Source of the DNA: an uncultured Opitutales bacterium
GTDB lineage: Bacteria; Verrucomicrobiota; Verrucomicrobiia; Opitutales; JABDGR01
DNA: 64,000 bases
Direction: 5' to 3'
NCBI GenBank assembly: GCA_964562015.1
Contig: CAZLRH010000009.1
Location: forward strand, 83,557 to 147,556
Each line of letters begins with the position of its first letter. Within the stretch, counting starts at the first letter, position 1. The notes beneath the pieces are model-generated. The model searched no databases. It was given only the letters and a program-made list of their open reading frames with translations, and was not told where the DNA came from. The position numbers were made by a program, and so were the translations under genes. Positions 55,412 to 64,000 of this stretch are shown here, piece by piece.

Positions 55412-55943
55412 TTACTTTGTGGTGGCCGTGCCGTCCGGCTGCGCCAGTCGAGCGAGCTCCGCGCGGGCGAGTTGGTATTCATCATAAGTTTGTTTGCCGG
55501 TCCCGACGCACTTTTGAAAATAATCCCGGGCGGCGGTTTGCTCATGCTTGGCCAGACACAGCATGCCGAGATGGTAATAGGCTTCGCAGGTTTGGCCTTG
55601 GACCGTCAAGGAGTCGCCCGTTTCCGCCGCTTGCAGGAGCGTGGCGGCGTCAATCTCGCCCGCCAAATACCGGCCCAGGGTCTTGTTCCAGCCATCCTTC
55701 CACGTCGCGACCTGCGCGCCAAAGCCGGGCGACGCCGGCTCCGTCCAAGTCGTTGGCCTGGAGCTTGCGACCGCCGCTGGCCACGAGTTGGTCGGCCGTG
55801 GAAGCCGCAGCGGCCTGCAGGATGTCGTCCGTCGTTTGGGCGGCGCAGATATCCGGCTGCGAGACGGCGAACGCGATCAGAAAAAGGCCAAGGAGCCAGG
55901 GCGATCTGCCGACCCAAGGAAGAAGCTTTTTGAGCATGTCCAT
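55412..55943 (-). pseudogene. Disrupted TPR/NlpI-like protein (internal deletion with frameshift)
   Basis: Frame A gives a signal peptide and the start of a TPR (ASGGRKLQANDLDGA). Frame B, offset by 1 nt, gives WKDGWNKTLGRYLAGEIDAATLL..CEAYYHLGM..ARDYFQKCV.TG..YDEYQLARAEL, the typical C-terminal cap. No TPR array lies between them. Confidence 0.7.
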
Positions 55944-56026
55944 AAAGACCAATAGCCGGAACCAGCAAAATCTCACAAAAAAGGTCTCCTTCTCTATTCC
56001 CACTCCCAGCTTCCCGGGTCAAGCCT

Positions 56027-57037
56027 CTACGCGCACCGGTCGTGAATCCAACTGAAGGCGGTGGGCGGGTGCCGCTTGGCTTTGCGGGTCACGGAATCCG
56101 CGATACTTTCCAGGCGGACGGCTTGCAGGCACAAAAATTCCTGCGCCGCGGCGGCCGGCCCAGACAGCGACAGCGTGGCGACGCCCCAGGTGTCGATGAG
56201 ATGCTGGAGAATTTGCGCGTAGTCGCGCACCGTGTAAACGCCCAGCCGTTGCGCCACCAACGCGAAATGTTCGAAGAGGTCGGCATCTTTTCCGTCGGTC
56301 ATCGTGCGGCCCGGCATGGCGATGACGCGCCGCATCAAATTCGCAAACACCACGACGCCGCGCTCCGGGTCGCGCTCCATCACCTCCGCCATCATGCGGG
56401 TGTAAAATTCCTCGTGGCGCGATTCGTCGCCCGCGATTTTACGGCAGATTTTGGCCAGATTGTCGTCGCCGTCGCGCGCGGCGAGGCGGCCGACGTTGCC
56501 GTGCGAAATCTTCGTGGCGCGTTCCTGGAAGGACGTGTAAATGAGCCCGGCGTAGGGGTCCTCCGCGTGGCGCGGGTCGAACCCGGCGGAGATGAGGTGC
56601 TGCACGGTGACCTCGACGGAGCGCATGTTCACGCGGCCCGTCAGTCGGAGAAAAGCGTTGAGCAAATCGCCGTGGCGGTTTTCCTCGGCCACCCAGCCGC
56701 GCATCCACAGGGCCCAGGGCTGCTGGCCGGTGCCCTGCTCATCGCCCGCCAAATTATTCAGTGAGATGGCGTAATTGGGCAGGGCCTCCTCGGTCACCAT
56801 GTCGCCCACCAGCACGACGAGCACCTCGTCGCTGAGTTCCTGCGCGGGCTCGCGAAACTTGGCCAGTTGCTCGCTCCAGTCCTCGCCCGTCAAATCGGGC
56901 AGATAATCCGTGGGTTGCCAGGCTTGCTCAATGGGGAGGAGCAAGTTGAGGTTTTTTTCTACGACGCTTTGCAGGCTTCGCAATAACTCGAGTTGGGAGG
57001 GAAGACGAGTGATCTCTTCATCGGTAATCAACGGCAC
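56027..57037 (-). CDS. Soluble acyl-ACP desaturase (ferritin-like di-iron, FA_desaturase_2)
   Basis: WQPTDYLP, DMVTEEALPNY, WVAEENRHGDLL, YTSFQERATKISHGN, IAGDESRHE (two ExxH iron motifs). Confidence 0.9.
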   Translation of the reverse strand: MPLITDEEITRLPSQLELLRSLQSVVEKNLNLLLPIEQAWQPTDYLPDLTGEDWSEQLAKFREPAQELSDEVLVVLVGDMVTEEALPNYAISLNNLAGDEQGTGQQPWALWMRGWVAEENRHGDLLNAFLRLTGRVNMRSVEVTVQHLISAGFDPRHAEDPYAGLIYTSFQERATKISHGNVGRLAARDGDDNLAKICRKIAGDESRHEEFYTRMMAEVMERDPERGVVVFANLMRRVIAMPGRTMTDGKDADLFEHFALVAQRLGVYTVRDYAQILQHLIDTWGVATLSLSGPAAAAQEFLCLQAVRLESIADSVTRKAKRHPPTAFSWIHDRCA

Positions 57038-57317
57038 AGCCCCTTTTTAATCCGCTTGGGCGCCGGAAGCAAGGGTCATAAACGACTTCGCCCATTTGTC
57101 ATAATGTGCCCCTGCGGTACAAAAGATAGACCTTGCTTCAGCGGGCGATTGCGGCGATGCTTGCGGCTTCGTCGAGCGTTGGGTCACTGGGTTTACCGGT
57201 TTTCATGGCGTTCGGAACCCAGCGGGCATCTCTCCGAGAAGTGGCCGTGCAGCGGTCCTTTAATTCCTCGGATTTTAGCATTTACGGGAGGCACTCTAGC
57301 CTTGCCGTTTTTACACC

Positions 57318-58790
57318 ATGACTGACAGCCAGCCTACCCAGACCACGTTTGCCCAATTGGGCCTTGCGGCCCCGCTTTTGCGGGCGCTCGCCGAAAAAAA
57401 CTATACGCAGCCTTCGCCCATCCAGGCGGGTGCGATTCCGCATTTGCTCGCCGGCCGCGACATCATGGGCTCCGCCCAGACCGGCACCGGCAAGACGGCG
57501 GCCTTTGCGCTGCCCATCCTGCATCTCCTTTCCGCGCGCCCCGCAGCCAAGACCCCGTCGATGCCGCGCGCCTTGATTTTGACGCCCACGCGCGAACTCG
57601 CCGTGCAAATTGGCGTGAACTTCAGCGCCTATGGTCGCTATCTGCCGCTGCGCCATGTCGTCATTTACGGCGGAGTGGGGCAGGGCAACCAAGTGCGCGG
57701 CCTTGCGCAAGGCGCGGAAATCGTCATCGCCACGCCCGGCCGCCTCCTCGACCTCGCCCAGCAAGGCGAAGTGCGTTTTGATCGCGTGGAAATTTTTGTG
57801 CTCGATGAAGCCGACCGCATGTTGGACATGGGCTTTGCCCCGGCCATCAAGCGCATCACGGGTTGGCTGCCGCCCCAGCGCCAGTCCCTGCTCTTTTCGG
57901 CGACGCTGCCTTCGAGCATCTTGAGCCTCGCGTCGCGCATCGTGCGCGACCCCGTGCGCGTCGAGATGAAATCCGAGACGCCCGCCGCCGAAGGCATCGC
58001 GCAGGAGGTCTGCCATGTGGCCCAGGGCGACAAGTACGCGTTGCTCCGCCATGTGCTCGATGAAAGTGAAAAAGGCCTCGTGCTGGTGTTTTCGCGCACG
58101 AAGCACGGCGCGAAGAAGTTGGCGAAAAATCTGAGCAAGGACGGCTATCCGTCCGAGGACATTCACGGCAACAAGTCGCAGAGCGCCCGGCAGCGCTCGC
58201 TCGAAAATTTCCGCTCCGGCAAGGTCCGCGTGCTGGTGGCGACGGATGTCGCGGCGCGCGGGCTCGACGTGAAAGGCATCGCGCTCGTGGTCAATTACAA
58301 CATTCCCCACGAACCGGAAGCTTATGTGCATCGCATTGGCCGCACCGCGCGCGCCGGCACCCTCGGTCGCGCGCTGTCGTTCTGCGAACCCGCCGAGCGC
58401 GGGCAATTGCGCGACATTCAAAGGCTTCTGCGCACCACGATTCCCGTCCGCGACGATCATCCCTTTACGAAATCTTCTCCGGCATCCCGCGACACGTCGG
58501 TGATGGAACACTCCTCTTCGCCGCCGCGCCAGCACGACCACCACCGGGCGCACAGTCACTCGGTGCCGAATCGCAATCACCGGCACGACGAACACCGGCA
58601 TTTTGAACAGCGTTCGTCCATGCCTGTCTCATCGTCGTCGGCTGGCTCAGCGCCGCGCCGCGAGGATGACCGCGCACCGCAAGGCGCGCCGCGCGAGGGC
58701 GGACCCCGCCGGTCGCCTTTTCCGCCAGCCAAGCACGGCTGGTTTGTGCGCCAGCGCCGCGGCGGCCAGCGTTCGAATTGGGATCGATAA
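57318..58790 (+). CDS. rhlE: DEAD-box RNA helicase (RhlE-like)
   Basis: Q motif, AQTGTGKT, PTRELA, TPGR, DEAD, SAT, HGNKSQ, ATDVAARGLD, YVHRIGRTAR; Arg/His-rich C-terminal tail. Confidence 0.9.
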   Translation: MTDSQPTQTTFAQLGLAAPLLRALAEKNYTQPSPIQAGAIPHLLAGRDIMGSAQTGTGKTAAFALPILHLLSARPAAKTPSMPRALILTPTRELAVQIGVNFSAYGRYLPLRHVVIYGGVGQGNQVRGLAQGAEIVIATPGRLLDLAQQGEVRFDRVEIFVLDEADRMLDMGFAPAIKRITGWLPPQRQSLLFSATLPSSILSLASRIVRDPVRVEMKSETPAAEGIAQEVCHVAQGDKYALLRHVLDESEKGLVLVFSRTKHGAKKLAKNLSKDGYPSEDIHGNKSQSARQRSLENFRSGKVRVLVATDVAARGLDVKGIALVVNYNIPHEPEAYVHRIGRTARAGTLGRALSFCEPAERGQLRDIQRLLRTTIPVRDDHPFTKSSPASRDTSVMEHSSSPPRQHDHHRAHSHSVPNRNHRHDEHRHFEQRSSMPVSSSSAGSAPRREDDRAPQGAPREGGPRRSPFPPAKHGWFVRQRRGGQRSNWDR

Positions 58791-58900
58791 GGCCTGACAA
58801 AATTAAGGCAAGAAAGGCATTATCGGCATGATTCTGCTGGGCCGAATGGACGCACCATTAGAGATTGAAACATCAGAAATAAAAATGACAAAATAAGGGC

Positions 58901-59485
58901 GTGGATGACGAATTTGATACCCAACCCCAATGGGTGAAGGAAGCCGGGTCGCGGCGCGCGTCCGCACCGCCCCAACCCGTCGGCGTAAGATCGTTGCCTC
59001 ATCGCGCGCCGGATTTGTCGCCGGCAACGGATGATCTCGCGGAATACGTTCTGCCTAATGCTTACGCCTTCTGCGGGATGATTTCCGCCGCCTTGGCTGG
59101 ATTGGGCGTGGACTTTCCAGTCATGTATACTTCTTTTGTTGATGTTAACATGATTTCCGAAGAACACTTTGCCTATGGTTTCATTGTAGCTCTTCTCGCC
59201 CTAGGCGCCATTGTGGCCCTTTTGGTCCGAAAATATACTTTTGCGGCAGGCTTATCAGTTCTCATACTCATAACAGCTGGCCTTGATCTCTGGAAAGTTT
59301 TGCAAAAACTACAAGAGATGAAGGCGTTATTGGCCGACCCTCAGAATGACCTAGGCCCTGTCTTCGCCATTTTCTCCAGATCCGGTGTCGATTTTGGACT
59401 GCCATTTATCATGATCACGAGCGTCATAACTTTCATACTGTGCATTTGCGCGCGGCAACGTGAGCGCAATGAAAGTTATCCCTAA
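58901..59485 (+). CDS. Hypothetical membrane protein (about 4 TM), AT-richer than its neighbours
   Basis: GTG start after AAGGG; several hydrophobic segments; no family recognised. Confidence 0.6.
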   Translation: MDDEFDTQPQWVKEAGSRRASAPPQPVGVRSLPHRAPDLSPATDDLAEYVLPNAYAFCGMISAALAGLGVDFPVMYTSFVDVNMISEEHFAYGFIVALLALGAIVALLVRKYTFAAGLSVLILITAGLDLWKVLQKLQEMKALLADPQNDLGPVFAIFSRSGVDFGLPFIMITSVITFILCICARQRERNESYP

Positions 59486-59593
59486 CACCATCAGGTCGGG
59501 TTTCGCAGTTGGTTCAAGGCCCGCAACCTTTGTAAACCACCAGCCCCTTTCCTGATGACAAGGATTTTACATGGGTTACAGGCTGAACACTAC

Positions 59594-59625
59594 TCATTTA
59601 TGGTCAATTACTTACGCATAAATGA
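59594..59625. promoter_or_regulatory. Inverted-repeat operator candidate in the AT-rich region upstream of the ECF sigma gene
   Basis: TCATTTATG-N14-CATAAATGA, perfect 9-bp arms. Confidence 0.4.
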
Positions 59626-59789
59626 AGGTATTTTCTTTGCGCGTGAAGAGCAATTTGATGCGACAATTCAACGAGAATCGGAATAATGGAGTCATACACG
59701 TCATCCGACTTACCAGATTCGGCCACGAGGCCGCCACCGCCGGCTCCCACTGCTCCAGCGATGGCACCTAGGCCGAACGCTGACTTGCC

Positions 59790-60386
59790 ATGAACGCTTC
59801 TGAAACCACTCCCGACAAAGATCTCCTCAATCGTTACCGCTCCGGCGATGACCGCGCCTTTGACGACATCGTGCGGCTCTACCGCGACCGGATTTTTCGC
59901 CGCGTGTTCGGCATGTTGAAAAATCACGAGGACGCCGAGGAAGTCACCCAAGACACCTTCCTGCGCGCCCGCCGGGGCCTGGAAAGCTTTAGGGGCGACG
60001 CCGCCTTTTCCACCTGGCTTTATCAAATCGCCACCAACCTGGCCCACAACCGCTACTGGTTTTGGTGGCGCCGCCGCCGCCATGCGTCCGTGTCGCTCGA
60101 CGCCGCCCTCGGGCCCGAGACCACCTTGACGCTCGAAGAAGTGCTGCCGGACGAGCAGCCCAATCCCGGCGAGGAAGCCGTGACGCAGGAACTCGTCGAG
60201 CGCGTCGAGGCCGCCATGGAGAAGCTCAGCCCGGCCCACCGGGAAATCTTGACCTTGCGCAATGTCCGCAATCTGTCATATGAAGAAATTGCCGCCCGCT
60301 TGGATCTCAGCCTGGGCACGGTAAAAAGCCGGATTGCCCGGGCGCGGGATGCCCTCAAACAATCCCTGGGCGAACAAGCCGCATAA
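59790..60386 (+). CDS. Stand-alone ECF sigma-70 factor (RpoE-like)
   Basis: GDDRAFDDIVRLYRDRI, DAEEVTQDTF, FRGDAAFSTWLYQIATN, LSYEEIA..GTVKSRIARAR. Confidence 0.93.
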   Translation: MNASETTPDKDLLNRYRSGDDRAFDDIVRLYRDRIFRRVFGMLKNHEDAEEVTQDTFLRARRGLESFRGDAAFSTWLYQIATNLAHNRYWFWWRRRRHASVSLDAALGPETTLTLEEVLPDEQPNPGEEAVTQELVERVEAAMEKLSPAHREILTLRNVRNLSYEEIAARLDLSLGTVKSRIARARDALKQSLGEQAA

Positions 60387-61345
60387 TGGACGACCGGTTC
60401 GAAGATCTCGTCAACCTCTACCTCGACAAGGAAATTGGCCGGCAAGAGTTGGACGAGTTGAAACGCGCGATCAAGGACAACCTCGTGCGGCGGCAGCAGT
60501 TTGAACGCGCCTGCAAGTTGCACCAGGCCGCGCGCAAGGCGTTGGTCGAGCGTTCCGGCAGCTCGCCCAAGCGCGGCGGGGTCGTGGCGCCGGCGAGTTC
60601 GTCGCGGCTGCCTTCCCCCAAGGAGCGGCACGCGAGCCTGAACGCCGCCCATGAACAGGCCCATGTGAACGCCCGCGTACCGACGATGGCCTCGCGGCAG
60701 GAAAAGCAGGGGGCCGCCGCCAGCATTTCCATCAAAGCGGCCGGCAAGAAAAGTAAAGCAACCAAGGGGCACTCCGCTGCCGGCAAGCAGCCGGTGCGCT
60801 TTCAATCGGCTTTGTTTTTGACCTCGGTCGTCATGCTGGCTGCCGGGTTGATGTACGTCTTGAATCCGGCGGCAAAAAATCCGGACGCGCCCCTGCCCGT
60901 GGATTCCACGCCGCACTATAATTTCAGCGTCAATCCCCCGGAAAACGGCGTGGCGGGGCTGCCCCCCACGGCGGCGGAAGAATCCATTCGGGCGCGGGTT
61001 TATGCCTCGGTGTTGTCGGAGGGCACGGTCTCGCAATCGTTTATGATGGAGGGCCTGGGCAACGGCGCGGAAAATGCCATGACCGGCGACGCCGGTGCAG
61101 CACGCTCCTCGCTTTTCTCCAACGGACGGATTCTGCTGGGTTCGAGCACCTGGTCGACGGAGCGATGGGAACTGGGACAAACTCCCGCGTCCACCAGCCT
61201 GGCGCCCTCACTCGCGCCCCAACCGCCCTTGTTGGAACCAGCCTTGTTGCCCGCGGCCTCCGGAAATGGCGAAGCGCCGCTGGAGGTGGGCCGTGGTGGC
61301 AATACCATGGCCAATCGCCCGGTCGCTGATCGACCCGCCCCATGA
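60386..61345 (+). CDS. Putative anti-sigma factor (single TM)
   Basis: Coupled to the sigma stop (TAATG); N-terminus RFEDLVNLYLDKEI..EL resembles an anti-sigma domain without full ZAS ligands; one TM at about aa 135-157. Confidence 0.65.
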   Translation: MDDRFEDLVNLYLDKEIGRQELDELKRAIKDNLVRRQQFERACKLHQAARKALVERSGSSPKRGGVVAPASSSRLPSPKERHASLNAAHEQAHVNARVPTMASRQEKQGAAASISIKAAGKKSKATKGHSAAGKQPVRFQSALFLTSVVMLAAGLMYVLNPAAKNPDAPLPVDSTPHYNFSVNPPENGVAGLPPTAAEESIRARVYASVLSEGTVSQSFMMEGLGNGAENAMTGDAGAARSSLFSNGRILLGSSTWSTERWELGQTPASTSLAPSLAPQPPLLEPALLPAASGNGEAPLEVGRGGNTMANRPVADRPAP

Positions 61346-61419
61346 GCCAACCTTGACACCACCGGCACCCTCCCGTAGCGGTCAGTCCAGGTCCGGCGTC
61401 GTTCGCCCCTTTATAAATT

Positions 61420-62274
61420 ATGAAACGAATTCTGCTTTGCGCCGATGGTTCCGCCTACAGCGAGGTCTGCTGCCGTTACGCCGCGTGGGTGGCGCACCGC
61501 GCCGGTTACGCCATCGACGGCGTTTACGTGTCCGACGTGTGGCGCTACGAAACTTCCTTCCTCACGGACCTGGGCGGCAGCCTGGGTATCCAGCCTTATC
61601 AGGATATGTTAGGGCGGCTCGGGGCGCTCGAGGAACAGAAGTCGCACCTCATCGAGGCCGCCCTGCGCACGCGGTTAAAAGCCGACGGCCTCGAAGCCCG
61701 GCTGGCGTTTCACCACCGCACCGGGAGCGTGGTCGATAATCTGGCGGCGTTTGAAAAAGGACCCAACGCGGTTTCCCTCGTGATGATGGGGCGGCGCGGC
61801 GAAAACGCCATCGCCAACCCCGAGCACCTCGGCTCCACCATGGAGCGCTTGCTGCGCGCGAGCACGAAGCCGTGTCTTGTCACCACGCAAAAATTCCGGC
61901 CCATCCACAAATTGCTGCTGGCCTACGACGGCAGCCCTAGCGCCACCAAGGCCTTGCACTGGCTCGTCCAGGCGGATCCGTTCAAGGATTTGAAAATCCA
62001 CCTCGTCACCGCCGGTGGCCCGCACGGCGACGACGCCTCCGCCCGGATTTTGCGGGACGGGGAAAATATTTTGCGCGCCGGCGCCTGGAAGCCCGTCTGC
62101 CAGTTGCTCACCGGCGAACCCGGCGACGCCATCGCGGATTATGCCGCGCAGCAGGACGTGGACTGTCTCATCATGGGCGCCTACGGCCACGGTGCCATCC
62201 GGCACCTCATCATCGGCAGCACCACGACGGAACTCATCCGCCGCTGCCAGGTGCCGGTGCTGCTGTTCCGGTAG
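61420..62274 (+). CDS. Tandem-domain universal stress protein
   Basis: KRILLCADGS, LVMMGRRG..LGSTMERLLRAS.KPCLV, LLLAYDGSPSA, LIMGAYGHG..IGSTT..PVLLFR. Confidence 0.9.
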   Translation: MKRILLCADGSAYSEVCCRYAAWVAHRAGYAIDGVYVSDVWRYETSFLTDLGGSLGIQPYQDMLGRLGALEEQKSHLIEAALRTRLKADGLEARLAFHHRTGSVVDNLAAFEKGPNAVSLVMMGRRGENAIANPEHLGSTMERLLRASTKPCLVTTQKFRPIHKLLLAYDGSPSATKALHWLVQADPFKDLKIHLVTAGGPHGDDASARILRDGENILRAGAWKPVCQLLTGEPGDAIADYAAQQDVDCLIMGAYGHGAIRHLIIGSTTTELIRRCQVPVLLFR

Positions 62275-62289
62275 GATGTGTGTCGCCCG

Positions 62290-62673
62290 TCACTTCAAAT
62301 CCAGTTTCTTTCCGGGAACCAGCCGGTGGCCCACGAAGTCAATCGCAGCTTGGCACTGTTCGAGTGGTATGTAACCAATGATGGGCTCGTAGGTGCCGCG
62401 TTCCTCTTTCATTTCCACGAAAACAATTTCGGAAAAAACCGGCTCGAAGCCTTTGAGGGTGATTTTCACCGGGCCGCACACGGTGCCGGTCACGGTGTCC
62501 TGGTTGGCCAGGCTCATGTGAATCTTCCTGATTTCTTCGAGCGGCCCCAACTGTTCCCGCCACGCGGCAGGAAGAATCAGATGGCTCGCCCCGGAATCAA
62601 CCAGTCCGGTAAAAGTCATCTTCTTGTGCTCAATGATGTTTTCAAGCAAAACACTGGTGACGATGCGGCCCAT
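62290..62673 (-). CDS. Clan AA (retropepsin-like) aspartic protease
   Basis: GLVDSGASHLILP catalytic motif and C-terminal PIIGYIPLE..IDF. Confidence 0.75.
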   Translation of the reverse strand: MGRIVTSVLLENIIEHKKMTFTGLVDSGASHLILPAAWREQLGPLEEIRKIHMSLANQDTVTGTVCGPVKITLKGFEPVFSEIVFVEMKEERGTYEPIIGYIPLEQCQAAIDFVGHRLVPGKKLDLK

Positions 62674-62721
62674 GGATAAATCCTTTTCGCCAGTCTATGC
62701 GCCCAAACGCCGCGTGGCAAG

Positions 62722-63543
62722 TTATCTTGCCACCAGGTGAAATAAATAATACGCCGTGGGAGCGGCCAGGAGCAGGCTGTCGGCGAGGTCGAGTGCGCCG
62801 CCGATGCCGGGGATGCGCCGGCCCGAGTCTTTCACGCCCGCGCGGCGTTTGAGCGCGGATTCGGATAAATCGGAAATAATCCCCGCAAGGCCGATGGGCA
62901 CGGCGAGGAGCGCCGCCCGTTCCGGGGTCAGCCAGCCGGGCAGCCAGTCGGGCAGGTACTTTGCGGCGGCATAACCCACGCCCGCTGCGAACGCCAGCCC
63001 GCCGGCGACGCCTTCCCAGGTCTTGCCGGGGCTGATGGACGGCGCGAGCTTGTGCCGGCCAATCGCCCGGCCCACGGCGTAGCCGCCCACGTCGGTGAAC
63101 TTCGCCGCCGCAATCACCCACACGGCGAGGCCCACGCCGCCGCCCTGGGGAATCCCCGCGCCGAAGTCCCGCATAATCAAAGCGTAGTATTGCATGAGTC
63201 CCGGCACATAAATCACCGCGAAGAGGGAACCGGCCAGCCGGGGCAGCGCGGCGGCGTCCTGCACGGCCGCAAAAGCGCCGACCATCAACCCCACCGCCGC
63301 CGCCAGCCAGAGGGAATTTCCGTCCGGACACAAGCCCGCGCCCAGCACGATGCCGGTGCCCAGCGCCAACGCGGGCACCCGCCACGGCGGCAGGCCGGAC
63401 TTTTCCAAAAGCCCCTGCAATTCAAATTGCGCCAGCGCGCTGAGGACTGCGAGCAGCGCCAGTCCTCCGTAAGCGCCGCCAAAATGAATCGCCGCGATCA
63501 CGAGCGCCCAGAGCGCAATGGTGCTGAGAATGCGGGTAATCAC
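62722..63543 (-). CDS. cdsA: Phosphatidate cytidylyltransferase
   Basis: TDVGGYAVG..GRHKLAPSISPGKTWEG, SDLSESALKR..VKDSG..IPGIGGALDLADS. Confidence 0.95.
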   Translation of the reverse strand: MITRILSTIALWALVIAAIHFGGAYGGLALLAVLSALAQFELQGLLEKSGLPPWRVPALALGTGIVLGAGLCPDGNSLWLAAAVGLMVGAFAAVQDAAALPRLAGSLFAVIYVPGLMQYYALIMRDFGAGIPQGGGVGLAVWVIAAAKFTDVGGYAVGRAIGRHKLAPSISPGKTWEGVAGGLAFAAGVGYAAAKYLPDWLPGWLTPERAALLAVPIGLAGIISDLSESALKRRAGVKDSGRRIPGIGGALDLADSLLLAAPTAYYLFHLVAR

Positions 63544-64000
63544 TTCGGCAACGCGGCTTCGGCCGCGGCGGGGCGCACTTGTTCGCCCGTCTGGCCGAAC
63601 CGGCGCTCGCGGCGTTTAAACGCTTCAATCGCTTCCACGAGGTGCGCGCGGCTGAACTCGGGCCAGTACACCGGGCTGAAATACATTTCCGCGTACGCGG
63701 CTTGCAGGAGGAGAAAATTGCTCAGGCGGCTTTCGCCGGAGGTGCGGATGATTAAATCCGGGTCAGGCATCCCCGCCGTGTGGAGGTACGAGGAAAAGCG
63801 CGGCCAGTCGAGCGCGCTCACGTCTTCGCGCCCGGCTTTCACGGCTTCGGCGTAGGCGCGGACGGCTTCGAGGGTTTCCTGCCGGGAGCCGTAATTGAGC
63901 GCGAGCACCAGCGTGCGTTCGGTAAAACCCGCCGTGCGCGCCAGCGCGCGTTCGAGGCAGGCGAGCGGGCGCGCCGGCAATTCCTCATAGCGCCCGATGA
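63540..64000 (-). CDS. uppS: Undecaprenyl diphosphate synthase, 3' part (start lies beyond the window)
   Basis: LALNYGSRQE, PDPDLIIRTSGESRLSNFLLLQAAYAE..WPEF..RERRFG. Confidence 0.93.
   Translation of the reverse strand, partial: IGRYEELPARPLACLERALARTAGFTERTLVLALNYGSRQETLEAVRAYAEAVKAGREDVSALDWPRFSSYLHTAGMPDPDLIIRTSGESRLSNFLLLQAAYAEMYFSPVYWPEFSRAHLVEAIEAFKRRERRFGQTGEQVRPAAAEAALPK

Overview
High-GC bacterial chromosome segment, most likely Verrucomicrobiota (Opitutae-like). This is inferred from ECF sigma factors with transmembrane C-terminal extensions, a PEP-CTERM protein and the style of the gene set. Housekeeping genes: thrS (5' part), trpB, yicC, gltX, ispD, pyrF, tRNA-Ala(GGC), gap-pgk-tpiA, tRNA-Lys(TTT), rhlE, cdsA, uppS (3' part). 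Accessory blocks: (1) 3.1-12.3 kb holds three paralogous ECF sigma factors with a conserved N-half but unrelated extracytoplasmic tails (STN+secretin-N, Ser/Thr-rich, Trp-Asp-Pro helical repeats) and a shared upstream motif. (2) Glycoside hydrolases (GH2, a Tat-exported GHL6-like protein, GH3). (3) hpnC plus a single-ORF hpnD-hpnE fusion, divergent from a DevBCA-type exporter. (4) A five-gene minus-strand operon at 42.3-52.8 kb resembling the GTPase/GAP1 NTP-dependent conflict systems (FHA/GYF-like-Zn-ribbon-GTPase, GAP1-N2/GAP1-M membrane protein, long coiled-coil membrane protein, GYF_2 membrane protein), with a secreted GH3 glycosidase inside it. This is the best candidate for an undescribed system variant. 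Intergenic DNA carries three families of short repeats: 25-nt GTAG/GTGG REP-like hairpins (one pair in frame inside the trpB 5' extension), 9-nt-periodic inverted elements, and 7-nt tandem arrays abutting start codons. No CRISPR array, rRNA, integrase or transposase was seen. All family assignments come from motif recognition by eye; no searches were run.
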